Virus record (IMG/VR): IMGVR_UViG_3300009034_000020 | Coordinates: 1 to 64,000 of that record | Direction: 5' to 3' (one strand) | Length of the DNA stretch: 64,000 nucleotides | From: a virus | Part shown: positions 18,704 through 28,659 of the stretch, piece by piece | Layout of the letters: each line of letters starts with the position of its first letter | Numbering within the stretch: position 1 is the stretch's first letter | Notes under the pieces: model-generated | The model's database searches: none | Seen by the model: the letters and a program-made list of their open reading frames with translations, nothing else | Told to the model about the DNA's origin: nothing | Position numbers and translations under genes: made by a program

Positions 18704-19697
18704 TAGACACAGCCCTCTTGTAGCTCCACTCGGTATTGCAATCCAGACAACGGAACTTCGGGGCAAACCCACCACAGGTAGTAGCAAACCCACCACAGGT
18801 AGGGCACCGCGTACCGCCCGCCCGCCAATGACACAGGCCCACGAACTCGTCCCGGAGTTGTTTTGCAGTCCTACCATCCGGTGTACCCAGTGTCACCGGT
18901 ACCTTGAACTTGCGGCGTAGCCAGTCGGCAGTCTTCTCCTGCTCCTCTAGTGTACTACGGACATGGCTGTAGTACAAGTGCTCCAGCTCCATGTGCTGGC
19001 AGCGGAAGCCATCTTCGTGAAGGCCAGTAGCACCCCAGCCTACCACCGCAGCAAGCACCTGCTTCGCCGCGCCGGTGTCTTCCCCGGTGAAGATGGTATT
19101 CTTCCAATCCCAGTGACCGTACAGCCCGCACATGCACTGGTTCTTCTTCAAGTGCAGCCGCGCAGCCGCCCTCCGCACCGCTTGGTGCTCCTTCTTGACG
19201 ATAGTAGAACCACCGTTCATACTCAAGCACATCGCTGTCTGATACCGGCCGTTCCAGATACGGCCGTACTGGCCACAGAGGTGTGGCAGTCTATGAACGG
19301 GCTTACCAGTCGCATTGTCGATGAATATCCGGTCCGTGACGTAATCGAAGGTACGCCACCCACGACATGGCTGCCCTTCTTCCCACACCCCCTCTGGGAG
19401 CACCGAGGGCAACTTCCGGAAGCGAATGACAATCGTCGCTTCTGGAACCAGCCTGAAGTACTCATTGCTGGGCCGCGCGAAGTCCAGGTCTACCGAGAGG
19501 ATCTCGTTCCGGTCCCCGATGATCTCCTGCGCCTCGGCTTTGAGGACATCGAGGTCGAGCCTACCTGCGCCTGGGTCTACCTTTATTAGCAGGTAGTTCT
19601 CCGTAATGCTGGCTCCGCCGGCCCTGTCTATCTTCGTATCGTGCGTTACCCAAGCCTTCTCGATGATGTGCAGCGCTTCCCCACCCTCGTCAACCAC
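18696..19697 (-). CDS. hypothetical protein with GWR...CxCGLY...GWG..GLH.DG.R domain
   Basis: C-terminal domain paralogous to 41710..42294. Confidence 0.65.
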   Translation of the reverse strand: MVDEGGEALHIIEKAWVTHDTKIDRAGGASITENYLLIKVDPGAGRLDLDVLKAEAQEIIGDRNEILSVDLDFARPSNEYFRLVPEATIVIRFRKLPSVLPEGVWEEGQPCRGWRTFDYVTDRIFIDNATGKPVHRLPHLCGQYGRIWNGRYQTAMCLSMNGGSTIVKKEHQAVRRAAARLHLKKNQCMCGLYGHWDWKNTIFTGEDTGAAKQVLAAVVGWGATGLHEDGFRCQHMELEHLYYSHVRSTLEEQEKTADWLRRKFKVPVTLGTPDGRTAKQLRDEFVGLCHWRAGGTRCPTCGGFATTCGGFAPKFRCLDCNTEWSYKRAVSSA

Positions 19698-19818
19698 AGC
19701 GCACCTCTACCTTCTCGCGCACGGGGGCAATGGGCACCGTGATGGGCGTAGCGATGAGCGGCGCCTTCAAGGGCTTGGGTACCTGCACTGTCCGCACGTG
19801 CTCTCCTATCTGAGTCAT
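19690..19818 (-). CDS. Pro/Val-rich peptide (42 aa)
   Basis: MTQIGEHVRTVQVPKPLKAPLIATPITVPIAPVREKVEVRCG; overlaps genes on both sides; resembles 41583..41726. Confidence 0.6.
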   Translation of the reverse strand: MTQIGEHVRTVQVPKPLKAPLIATPITVPIAPVREKVEVRCG

Positions 19819-20561
19819 TCGGCCATCTCCCATGCTGCTCTCTCGAAGTCCTTGGTCTTCAGCTTCCATACTACCCGCTTACCCTGGTTAGTGTACAGGT
19901 ACGGGTTGGTGCGGGCAACGATGCCCTCGGCCATGACGTTCTGGTGGTGCTCCTCACCGTGGTCCTGCCAGGCTACCGCGGAATACATGCACCCACCTTC
20001 TTGCACCACACCCACAGCGAAGTCCGTGTCGCAGTTGTCGTTGAGGACCGGCACGGTCTTGATGCCCAGCTTGTTGGCGATGTCCTCCACGTCGGCCCAC
20101 TTTAGCCACCACTGCTTGTTCTCGTCATCCTCGACCACCACGTCGAACAGGCGGAAGCTGACGCCTTGCCGGTAGTTGCCTCCACCCTTCTGGATGCGCT
20201 CCCCGTAGCCCTCGCCGAAGAGCCACAGCCTCTCGATGTCGGTGTGGTCCCCGAAGACAGGCCCGAATGCCTCTGGCGGGAACATGGCCTTGAGCTGGGC
20301 CAATAGGAACGGTGGTATCTCTGCCTTGTCGGTCTTGCCGAAGAACTCTACCTCCGTTGGCATGTAGCCTCCGGGTGCTATAGGGGGCAGCATCAGCGAC
20401 CTATTAGGCGTCACGCACACCCGGATGTTGGTGCCGTCTATCTTCTCGGTGATGAACCACCGGTCGATGAGGCCGAACTCAGGGCACCGCAGTTGGCCGG
20501 GGATGACCTTATGCGTGTCCTCGTTCCGGTCGAACAGGGTCTCTATCTTAGGGTATTGCAT
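19815..20561 (-). CDS. RNA ligase (Rnl2-like nucleotidyltransferase)
   Basis: YPKI, TEKIDGTN, FGEGYG, FRLFDV, EGIV, KLK. Confidence 0.88.
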   Translation of the reverse strand: MQYPKIETLFDRNEDTHKVIPGQLRCPEFGLIDRWFITEKIDGTNIRVCVTPNRSLMLPPIAPGGYMPTEVEFFGKTDKAEIPPFLLAQLKAMFPPEAFGPVFGDHTDIERLWLFGEGYGERIQKGGGNYRQGVSFRLFDVVVEDDENKQWWLKWADVEDIANKLGIKTVPVLNDNCDTDFAVGVVQEGGCMYSAVAWQDHGEEHHQNVMAEGIVARTNPYLYTNQGKRVVWKLKTKDFERAAWEMAE

Positions 20562-20877
20562 TAGGGTTGCACTCCTCCTCGGGTAGGTCCTCGATACCAG
20601 TTTCACAGATGCACTCGGTGTCAGCGATGACGTGCACCGGGTCTGTCACGTAGGTTACCCGCTCGCCTATGACCTTAGTCACCAGGCCAAACGGGCTAGT
20701 CTGGGGCGGCACATCGCTCTGGTGTACCTGGCCCCGGCTATCCATCACCCCGTAACAATGCCCGTCTAGGGGGGTGGAGTCACTGGCAGTAAAGACCAGA
20801 ACAACGGTGAACATGAGCAAGGCGAGGAGACCCACGCAGAAGCTGATGATGGCCGTTTCCATCCATGCATTTCTCAT
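20548..20877 (-). CDS. membrane-anchored hypothetical protein
   Basis: N-terminal hydrophobic helix. Confidence 0.5.
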   Translation of the reverse strand: MRNAWMETAIISFCVGLLALLMFTVVLVFTASDSTPLDGHCYGVMDSRGQVHQSDVPPQTSPFGLVTKVIGERVTYVTDPVHVIADTECICETGIEDLPEEECNPNAIP

Positions 20878-21116
20878 GATCCTGCTACTCCTTTCTTCTT
20901 GATATTGATGAATAAGGGGCACTCCCACACTGGTAGTACCAGGTTCTCCCGCATACAGACAGCGTACACCAGGTTCGCTATCGGGCAATTCAACTCCCTG
21001 TCCTCGGGGTGGAAGAACCCACATTGCCAGCACAGGCAGAACTCGCGGTGCTTGCCTCGTAGGTCGGAGCGGACAGCCACCTCTCTCCCGTAGTGCTCGT
21101 AGTGCTCAATACACAT
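20874..21116 (-). CDS. Cys-rich hypothetical protein
   Basis: CLCWQC...CPIA...WECP. Confidence 0.55.
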   Translation of the reverse strand: MCIEHYEHYGREVAVRSDLRGKHREFCLCWQCGFFHPEDRELNCPIANLVYAVCMRENLVLPVWECPLFINIKKKGVAGS

Positions 21117-21124
21117 GACCCTAC

Positions 21125-21364
21125 CTATCCTCCTAGGCCGAGGCAGTCCTCTATCCAACGCACTGCCTCTTGCCAACTAAGGCCCAGCACAGGGCCGATG
21201 AACTCACAGGTCTCGTCGTTGTAGACATCTCCATGCCAGCCGCCAAAGGGACCACACTTCTCGCTGCCCCTTGTGACTGGCTCCCACATGAGGCCAGCTA
21301 GACTCCAACCCTTGGCCTCGACTGCCTCCCGTATCTTACGCCTCGCCAGCGTCTCCCTCACCAT
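21125..21364 (-). CDS. hypothetical protein
   Basis: ATG with GGAGG RBS. Confidence 0.55.
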   Translation of the reverse strand: MVRETLARRKIREAVEAKGWSLAGLMWEPVTRGSEKCGPFGGWHGDVYNDETCEFIGPVLGLSWQEAVRWIEDCLGLGG

Positions 21365-21376
21365 GACCTTATCCTC

Positions 21377-21694
21377 CTAATCTGCGCCGGCTACGTCACC
21401 GAACACGTCCGTCAGGGCGATGATTTCGACGGCCTCGTTCTGGTCTACGTCCCGGTACTCATGGCCTGTCCACATAGTGAGGTGGACGTGGCCTTCTGGC
21501 TCATCCCCCCTGTTGCCGGTGCAGAAGAAGATATGCAGGGTACCATACTCCTGGTCCCGACGTGAAGCAACTGCCTTGAGCATCAGGTCCATGAGCTTGT
21601 CGCTCGGCATCTGAGGCGGCACGTCCAGCTCGTACTTGCCCGTGTAGGGGATGTTCTGGAGCTGTATTGGGGTCTCTTCTCTTCTTGTCACCAT
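21377..21694 (-). CDS. hypothetical protein
   Basis: ATG with AGGAG RBS. Confidence 0.55.
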   Translation of the reverse strand: MVTRREETPIQLQNIPYTGKYELDVPPQMPSDKLMDLMLKAVASRRDQEYGTLHIFFCTGNRGDEPEGHVHLTMWTGHEYRDVDQNEAVEIIALTDVFGDVAGAD

Positions 21695-21876
21695 GACCTT
21701 CTCCTATCTATCCGCAATGCGGATGAGTGCTACGAGCACAGTGAACCACACCAGAGCAATACCGGCCGACAGTACGCCGGGACAACCAGCCATCCACAGC
21801 CCCCACCCAGCAGCGTAGAGCCCATGGCCGGCAAGCTGATGACTCTGTATAGTTCCTGTAAGTCCTCCAGCATGAC

Positions 21877-22257
21877 CTACCTCTTCTTCCTCGTCTCGAT
21901 AGTGTGCGCGTGGCCCACTTCATTCGGGGCCTCACTGAACCAGCGTTTCCCTACCAACCCTATCCGGTGCATGTGTACACCCGGCTTCGTTGAGGTGTAC
22001 TCCGGGCCGGACGAGACGGTCCCATCCTCGGTGATGTGGTTGTGGAAGAAGCCACCAGCTACTGGTTCATACAGCTTCACCGCCTGCTCCTTCCCTATGG
22101 CAGCAGAGAGCGTGTCAATCACCAGTCTAAGCTCCTCGGTAGTGCAGGTGATACTGTTAGCTACGTCCTCTCCTCCGTAGGCGGCGCCGGCGAGGTCCCG
22201 GCACGTCCGCCGCACCTTCGGCGGTACCTCGACTCGTACTAGATCCTCCTTATTCAT
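21877..22257 (-). CDS. hypothetical protein
   Basis: MNKEDLVRV start with GGAGG RBS. Confidence 0.5.
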   Translation of the reverse strand: MNKEDLVRVEVPPKVRRTCRDLAGAAYGGEDVANSITCTTEELRLVIDTLSAAIGKEQAVKLYEPVAGGFFHNHITEDGTVSSGPEYTSTKPGVHMHRIGLVGKRWFSEAPNEVGHAHTIETRKKR

Positions 22258-22374
22258 CTCTCTTGTCCTCCTGCCCAGCTCACGGCTAGTACCCCAGCCA
22301 ATGCGCCGGCAATGATGGCTACCGCCATCACGAATGCCCAACCGATACCCACACCCATGACCCTATCTATCCTC

Positions 22375-22752
22375 CTACTTCCCCCCATGTGCCTTCTTCC
22401 TCATGTCCCTGATGATGTCCATCAACGTAGCCCACGTCTCCCCGAAGAAGAAGCGCTTCGATATGGGGAGCGGGATGAAGAAGAGAGCACCGGGGTCCAA
22501 GGTGTCAGCATACTCTCGGAGCTGTGCCCCAGTCAGTATGATGCGAGCACGGCCCTTCATCTTGTTGCAGGCAGAGCACGCCAGTACTAGATTCGCTGGG
22601 CTGTTCGCGTAGTCAGCCTCCTCATCAGAGATGGAGGGGTCTACGTGGTCCAGCTCCGTGGCGACGGCGCCACAGTAACGGCAACGTCCGTGGTCTCGAC
22701 GGTACACACTGTCTCTAGATTCACGACGGACGTACCTGTACTTGTCTGGCAA
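22375..22752 (-). CDS. HNH endonuclease
   Basis: RD..RCRYCG...ELDHV.P...NLVLACSACNKMK. Confidence 0.9.
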   Translation of the reverse strand: MPDKYRYVRRESRDSVYRRDHGRCRYCGAVATELDHVDPSISDEEADYANSPANLVLACSACNKMKGRARIILTGAQLREYADTLDPGALFFIPLPISKRFFFGETWATLMDIIRDMRKKAHGGK

Positions 22753-22913
22753 TTTCCTTACCCCTTTACCCTTACCCCGGAAAAAAGAGAGAAGAGCAAC
22801 ATTTCCGGCGGGCGGGCATCTTTCCTGGTATGTCTTCCTATATCTATACTACCTTCAGCTTCGGGACCCCAGATTCGGCTATTCGGATTTTCCCCTTACC
22901 GGGCACCCGTTAT

Positions 22914-22989
22914 CGGGTCCCCGCTAAGGGTAATTGGCGAACGGGTCCCCGCTAAGGGTAATCTGGGACTATTCCGCATTACCCTTAGC
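22914..22989. repeat. iteron-like repeats: two 21-bp direct copies and one inverted 12-bp core
   Basis: CGGGTCCCCGCTAAGGGTAAT at 22914 and 22942; ATTACCCTTAGC at 22978. Confidence 0.8.
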
Positions 22990-23217
22990 CCGATGGCGGC
23001 GGTGTGCGGGGTCTGCGAAGATGGCCCGCACTTGCAGCTCGTCTACCGGCCGGTGCGCTGCCTCGAACACTGCGTCCGGTTCGAGTAGGGCAGCAGCACA
23101 CCACATGTGGAAGTGGGGGTTGTCCATCCGAATGAACCGCCAGTCCTGCCCTTTGATGCCTGTCCAGATGACGGTCATGGCGAGGATTTCCAATGGCCCC
23201 CTTGTGAGGTCCTTCAT
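22969..23217 (-). CDS. hypothetical protein
   Basis: 82-aa ORF coupled to the upstream gene. Confidence 0.5.
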   Translation of the reverse strand: MKDLTRGPLEILAMTVIWTGIKGQDWRFIRMDNPHFHMWCAAALLEPDAVFEAAHRPVDELQVRAIFADPAHRRHRAKGNAE

Positions 23218-23408
23218 GTTAGCGGGTCTCCCCCCAACCGCCTGATGGCAGTGTCGATATGGTATATCGCCTTGGATGCTGGTACCACAAAGTGATAGAA
23301 GCCTTCGGGGTCCTCGAACTTGGGACCTGCATTGCCCATAGCTACTCGGGCTACAAGTACCCGTCGCCTCTCTTTCAATAGTCGTATCTTCTCTTGCGTG
23401 GTGGTCAT
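23214..23408 (-). CDS. hypothetical protein
   Basis: 64-aa ORF, ATGA-coupled to the helicase. Confidence 0.5.
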   Translation of the reverse strand: MTTTQEKIRLLKERRRVLVARVAMGNAGPKFEDPEGFYHFVVPASKAIYHIDTAIRRLGGDPLT

Positions 23409-24844
23409 GCTAGTATCTCCTTGACCTTGGTGCGCACCACGGTGTACACCTCGCCCGCTTGGTAGGTCCGCAGCCTAGCGGCTGAGTGCCTGCCTAGGTA
23501 CTTGCCGGTGTCTTGGAAGTCGAACACTGTCAGGCGGTCCTTGCCCTCAACGTGCCTCATGCCTCGGCCTACCCGCTGCACTAGCACGTGGCCTGCCTTC
23601 CCACCGCCGGCGATGAATAGGTGCCGGATGTTCGGGATGTCCAGGCCCTCGTCTGCTATGCGGCTGGCCACGAGGCACGGTAGCTTGCCGTCCCTCATCG
23701 CCTGCCACGTCTTGTGGCGTAGGTTGCTGGCGTCATCCCCGCTTAGGAATGGGCAGTGCAGGGCCTCGCTCAGTATCTTGCCATGAGCTAGGCGTTCGAC
23801 TAGGATGAGCGTGGGACCCCTCTTCTGGAGGATGATGGCCAGGCCCACGATGGCCAGGTTGCGTGCCGTGTTGAAGATGATGCCCGAGCGGTAGGCCCTC
23901 TGCCAGTTGCTGTCATCGGGCATGTCCATATCCTCGTCTAAGAAGAAGATGTCCGCTGGTACTAGGCGCCCATACTCCACCCCCTCCTTCGGAGGTAGGG
24001 CGTGGATGATTGGGCCTGTCCAGCCTACTACCCTAGTGTATGCCTCGTTGTCGCCCTTACTCTTGAAGGGCGTGGCTGAGTAGCCGAACCGATAGCGTGC
24101 ATTCTGGATGTGCTGCATCACCCGGCCGAAGGTGGTGGCCGGTAGGTGCTGCACCTCATCCACATGCACCTGACCTATCTCGTTGAGCCAGAGCTTCATC
24201 TGTTTCGGGTGGTCCTGGATGCGGCGCACGATGGTCTGGAACGTGGCTACCGTCACGGTGTGTGGCTTCCACTTCCCGTCGCCCCCTTCGCCGATGATAC
24301 CAGGCGAGCCCGGCCACGTCTCCCTGAAGCGGTCACGTGTCTGCCGTAGCAGGTCCGTGCGGTGCACTAGCACCAGGGCCTTGCGCCCTATCTGCCGGGT
24401 GAGTTCGATGAGTACCACTGTCTTGCCTGCGCCAACTGGATGGTGGATGATGCCTCGTTCATCCTTCCTGGCCTTCTCGATGGCTGCCTCTTGATAGGGT
24501 AGCAGCTCGACGTTGGTGCGGACTATCTCTGCCCGGAGCAGCGGGTCCACGTCCAGGCCCTCCCGCATGTCGGCAATGGGCAGCTCGATATTGTCGGCCC
24601 GTAGCTTAGCTATCACGTGCGGCACTAGCCCCGCCGGGAACCGCCCGGTGTCCATGTTGACCACGTGCACCCAGCCATCCCAGCGGTGTTCCTTGTAGGC
24701 TGTGCTGAACGAGTAGCCCGGCTTCCGATAGGTCAGCATCTGAGCAACCTTCGTGCGCAGTGGCCCATGGATGGAGGCGTAGACGTTGCCTACCTTGATG
24801 AAGCTATCGTTGCTCAAGTGCGATGTCGCCCTTCTCGCCGACAC
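23405..24844 (-). CDS. superfamily 2 DExH helicase (UvsW-like)
   Basis: YQ..A, PVGAGKT, VDEVQH, SATP, EGLDIP, QRVGRG.R. Confidence 0.92.
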   Translation of the reverse strand: MSARRATSHLSNDSFIKVGNVYASIHGPLRTKVAQMLTYRKPGYSFSTAYKEHRWDGWVHVVNMDTGRFPAGLVPHVIAKLRADNIELPIADMREGLDVDPLLRAEIVRTNVELLPYQEAAIEKARKDERGIIHHPVGAGKTVVLIELTRQIGRKALVLVHRTDLLRQTRDRFRETWPGSPGIIGEGGDGKWKPHTVTVATFQTIVRRIQDHPKQMKLWLNEIGQVHVDEVQHLPATTFGRVMQHIQNARYRFGYSATPFKSKGDNEAYTRVVGWTGPIIHALPPKEGVEYGRLVPADIFFLDEDMDMPDDSNWQRAYRSGIIFNTARNLAIVGLAIILQKRGPTLILVERLAHGKILSEALHCPFLSGDDASNLRHKTWQAMRDGKLPCLVASRIADEGLDIPNIRHLFIAGGGKAGHVLVQRVGRGMRHVEGKDRLTVFDFQDTGKYLGRHSAARLRTYQAGEVYTVVRTKVKEILA

Positions 24845-25748
24845 AGAGGTAAACCTCGGCAGCGTAGTAGTGCGCGTTGCCCTTGCCCGGTGGGTCTACC
24901 CGTGCATCCGTTGCGCTGATACATAGGAAGCGTGGACCCTTGTTCTCTACGCCAGGCTTCTCGTCGGTGAAGACGTACCACCGTGTGCCTCTATCGAACA
25001 TCCCGTCCTTCAGGTCTACGTCGATACGAGCCCTCCAGGCGTAGTCCGCCGCATCCTTCAGTGGTGATGGTGTGTGGGTGGGTGTGGCTGTGGCCGTAGA
25101 GCTCGGGGTTGCGGTAAAGATGGTGTCGCCCGCAGCCATGGCCAGCCCCCAGAGGGTCAGGGCCAATGCGAAACCTAAGAGCTTCTTCATGTTAGTCCTC
25201 CACGAATGAGACCAAGCCATGGTCGGCGAGCTCTTCGATGCACGCCGTGACCTTGGTCTTGCTTACGCAGCCCGCCAGCTCTTGCAGGTCTGTCATGGTG
25301 GCCTCGTTGATAGGCCAACGCAGCAGCCCGGAGTACAGCCGCCAGGCGGGGTCACTCAGAACGTCTTTCCATGTGGGGTCTTGGACCGGCTGGCCCACGA
25401 TGCACCTCCCACTACCCCTAGTTTACAGGGTCTGCCTGATGATGTCAACTACCCTTGCGAGCTGGGTCACGCCGCCGTCACACACTGGGCAACGCACGAC
25501 CTTGCTCTTGGGCGCTCGTATGTTGAGGCCAGCGGCGTGCGGGCACATGTGTAGCTCGGTTGCTGGGCATGGCTCGCTCGTCTTCGGGTTTTCACCCCGA
25601 CATTTCCACACGTGGTACTGCGGTGCCTTCTTGCTGAAGCCCCGGTACACCATGGGCAGCGGGCGCTCATGGTTGTGGATGACCTCGTTCTGCCCACCCT
25701 TGCGGAAGGGTAGACGCACCTCTTCCTCAGTAGACATCGCCGTTTTCC

Positions 25749-26027
25749 TCACTCCCCTTCACTGGTGAAGGGGAACACGTCCCCGTTTTCATCCGCCTTC
25801 TTCTCTTCGTAGACCACTGCTACCCGGCGGTAGAACTCCTTGCTCACGCAGTCCAGTACACCCATCACGTTGTTGATGGTAGTGTAGGTGAGGCCGTGCC
25901 ACTCTAGGTAGCCCAGCAGCACCTTGGTGATGGCGAAGTTGAGCTCGCCTGGGGTCTCGCACTGGCGTCCTACTCCTTGAGCCTTGCGTTCCTTCTCTAC
26001 CCGCTTCTCTTGTGGGATGTATGGCAT
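25749..26027 (-). CDS. conserved phage hypothetical protein
   Basis: MPYI...GELNFAIT...EFYRRV...YE..K..ENGDV pattern, recalled from other phages. Confidence 0.6.
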   Translation of the reverse strand: MPYIPQEKRVEKERKAQGVGRQCETPGELNFAITKVLLGYLEWHGLTYTTINNVMGVLDCVSKEFYRRVAVVYEEKKADENGDVFPFTSEGE

Positions 26028-28191
26028 GTTAGACCCCCTTTTCCTTGTAGCCCTTGGCCTCTGCCCAACAGTCATCGCATAGGTGCGCTAGGTCGTCGGC
26101 GGCCCCCTCGTTGAGGCACGTCGCCTTGTTGCACTGAGGGCAGGTCCATAGCTCCCCGTCTTGGCAGTTGACATGGTTCTTGGACTGGCACCCTGGTCGG
26201 TGGTAGCTCAGTAGCTCAGGCATCTCTTCCTCTCAGTCTACTCCCTGCACGTGCAGGTCTGGGTTGTCCTCTTCAGCCATCTTCTTCAGCTCGAAGGCAG
26301 TGCGTAGCAGGGTTAGACCTGATTGCCCCTCACCTAGTCGATTGCGCAGGATGGCGTACATCCTGTCTATCGACAGGAGCACGACGGGCTTACTCAGTGT
26401 CCCCGCTTGGTTCGCTAGCTGTACCATTGGTGACCTTCTCCTCCTTCTTGACCAGAGGGGGAATACCGAGAAGGGCACGCCCTAGCTCTGTCAAGTTGTA
26501 GCTCCGTATCGGCTCGCGCTTGTCGCTAGCCACCAGCTTGTCCCTGACCAACCCGACGACGACCGGGGTAGGGACAAAGAGTTGCTCGCCCCCGCTTCGC
26601 CGCAGGTAGTAGTCGCCGCCTGGTACTGTGCACACCAGGGCAAAGCCTTGTCGTATGCGGTCTAGTACTTGTGCTCTCCTCATGACTTCCTCCCCTGCTA
26701 GACGCCTACTAGGATACGGCAGACGCGCTTCCTGGTCCCGCTACCTCCTCGGTAGCCTTCCTCATAGATGTCGTAGGGGTCGCTGAGTAGAGTGACCCAA
26801 TCTGCGATTAGCCGAAGCTTCTCCCCGTCCTCCGTGAGTCGGATAACGACTTGCGTCCCAGCAGGCGTCCTTACGGTCAATTCTTCGTCCTTCGTGAGTT
26901 CAAGTTCCATTGTCCTCTCTCCTTACACTCTCACCGGGCCGTGCCCGTAGCTATCTGCTGACTCAGCTTGGCGTGCCCGCTTCCTCTCGGCTGCCTGCCG
27001 GCGCTCTATCTCCTCTGCGGACACCCTCGGCTTGGGCCAGCACTTCTCTTCGTGTGCTGCCTTTGCATTTCGGCAGTGCTCCGAGCAGAACATGGGCTCA
27101 TCCCTGGTGTGCTCCTGGCGTATGGTCAGGTCTACGTCTGTCCTGGCACACCATAGGCACATCCAGATGGTCACATCGTAGGCCACGCAGGCAGCACGCT
27201 CCTGCCACCTGTTGTAGTGCGCTTCGAGCTCCTTCTTGTCTGCCTCTGGGCCGGGGGTATTAGGCAGTGGTCCCCTAGCCTCGTCCATGGATGCCGCCCC
27301 CCTCGCCCTCTTCCCCATTCCCTAGGTCGATGTCGCCGAGCCCCATCCGCTCCAGCTTGTCGCTCTCTTTGGCCTTCTCTTCCTTAGTGGCCTCGCGCAC
27401 CACCTTGAAGCGGATGGCTGCGCCCATCAGCAGGGCGCCGAATATCTGGGCGAACATCAGGACGTTCGGGCGCAGTGAAGGCGGGAAGCTCTCCAGGAAG
27501 AGGCCAACCCCGTGCTGCATACGCTCGTCGAACTCGATGAGCTGTTGGACAGTACTGGCGTACCTCTGCGCTTCCTCCATTACCCAGTGCGCCGTCTCCT
27601 CAGTGCCGCCCTCGCCAGTGTGTTCTTCTTCTCCCATGTTACTCCTCTCTTTCTAGGTCGATGTCGTCGATGAGTGCCCAAAGCCTGACCATCTTCGGGT
27701 TTGCGTTCTTGCGGTCCCACCTGGGTAGGCCACGGATGGCGTAGGCGACCGCACGCACCTCGTAGCGGAGCCTCCTCAGCTCCCTTACCGTGGTGCTTGG
27801 ACCTCCCCCTCCCAGCCCATCAATGATGTTGTCCAGCTCCACGAGCCTGGGCTCTGCCCCGAAGTCGCCATCCAATTGGGGCCAGTCGGTGTCTTCAAAG
27901 ACGCCATCTATCACCGCTGCCTCTCGCCACTCCTTTAGCCGCTCTAGTCCTGTCATTCGTCATCGCCTCCTTCTACCGTATACGACTTTCCTTCTGCCAC
28001 AAGGGCATCGACCAACCGTTGGTTGATGGCCGCCCTTGTCTGCGTCCCGAACTCTTCCATGTCTTGGGGCATGACGCCAGTTTGGTGCCACTCCTTCACC
28101 TCATCAGGTGTCGGCACATGCCTGGCCTCCGGGGAGCGCCTGATGACTGTCATCCCCCGCTCCTCATCCCAGTAGGTCCGTCCTCTTGGGC

Positions 28192-28659
28192 TCATTGTAG
28201 TTCCCTCCTCACCCAGTTATACCGCTCTAAGTCTAACTGTTGTAGGCTGGCCTTGTCCAGGTTGTAGAGCGCACAGCTATTGGCGAAGTCCTCCAATGGC
28301 GTCGGTCCCCACGTCCACACTGTCCCGACCGGGAAGCGGCCCTCCCAATCTTGACCTTCGCTCGTGTCGTACCACTCACGCAGGTCTAGCGTTGGCTCCT
28401 GGCCTAGCTCCTCCAAGATGACGGCGTGTTGGTGTGCATGGCATAGTTCATGCAGCACGACAATACTCCCGGCCTGAGTGTGCACCACTACCTCACGTAG
28501 CGGGGCGTAGTAGTAGTTAGCCGAGTGCTTGCCGAAAGGGCATACGTTTGTCGAAGTGCAGCCGGTGTCTGTCCGATGCACATGTACGCCATCGGGTAGG
28601 CTCATACATCCAGCCAGCAGCACAGCGGCCATGCTTAGGGCCGGCGCCAGCAGCTTCAT
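28192..28659 (-). CDS. lipoprotein with zincin HExxH motif
   Basis: Signal peptide with lipobox LLAGC; HELCH...EDFA. Confidence 0.7.
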   Translation of the reverse strand: MKLLAPALSMAAVLLAGCMSLPDGVHVHRTDTGCTSTNVCPFGKHSANYYYAPLREVVVHTQAGSIVVLHELCHAHQHAVILEELGQEPTLDLREWYDTSEGQDWEGRFPVGTVWTWGPTPLEDFANSCALYNLDKASLQQLDLERYNWVRRELQ

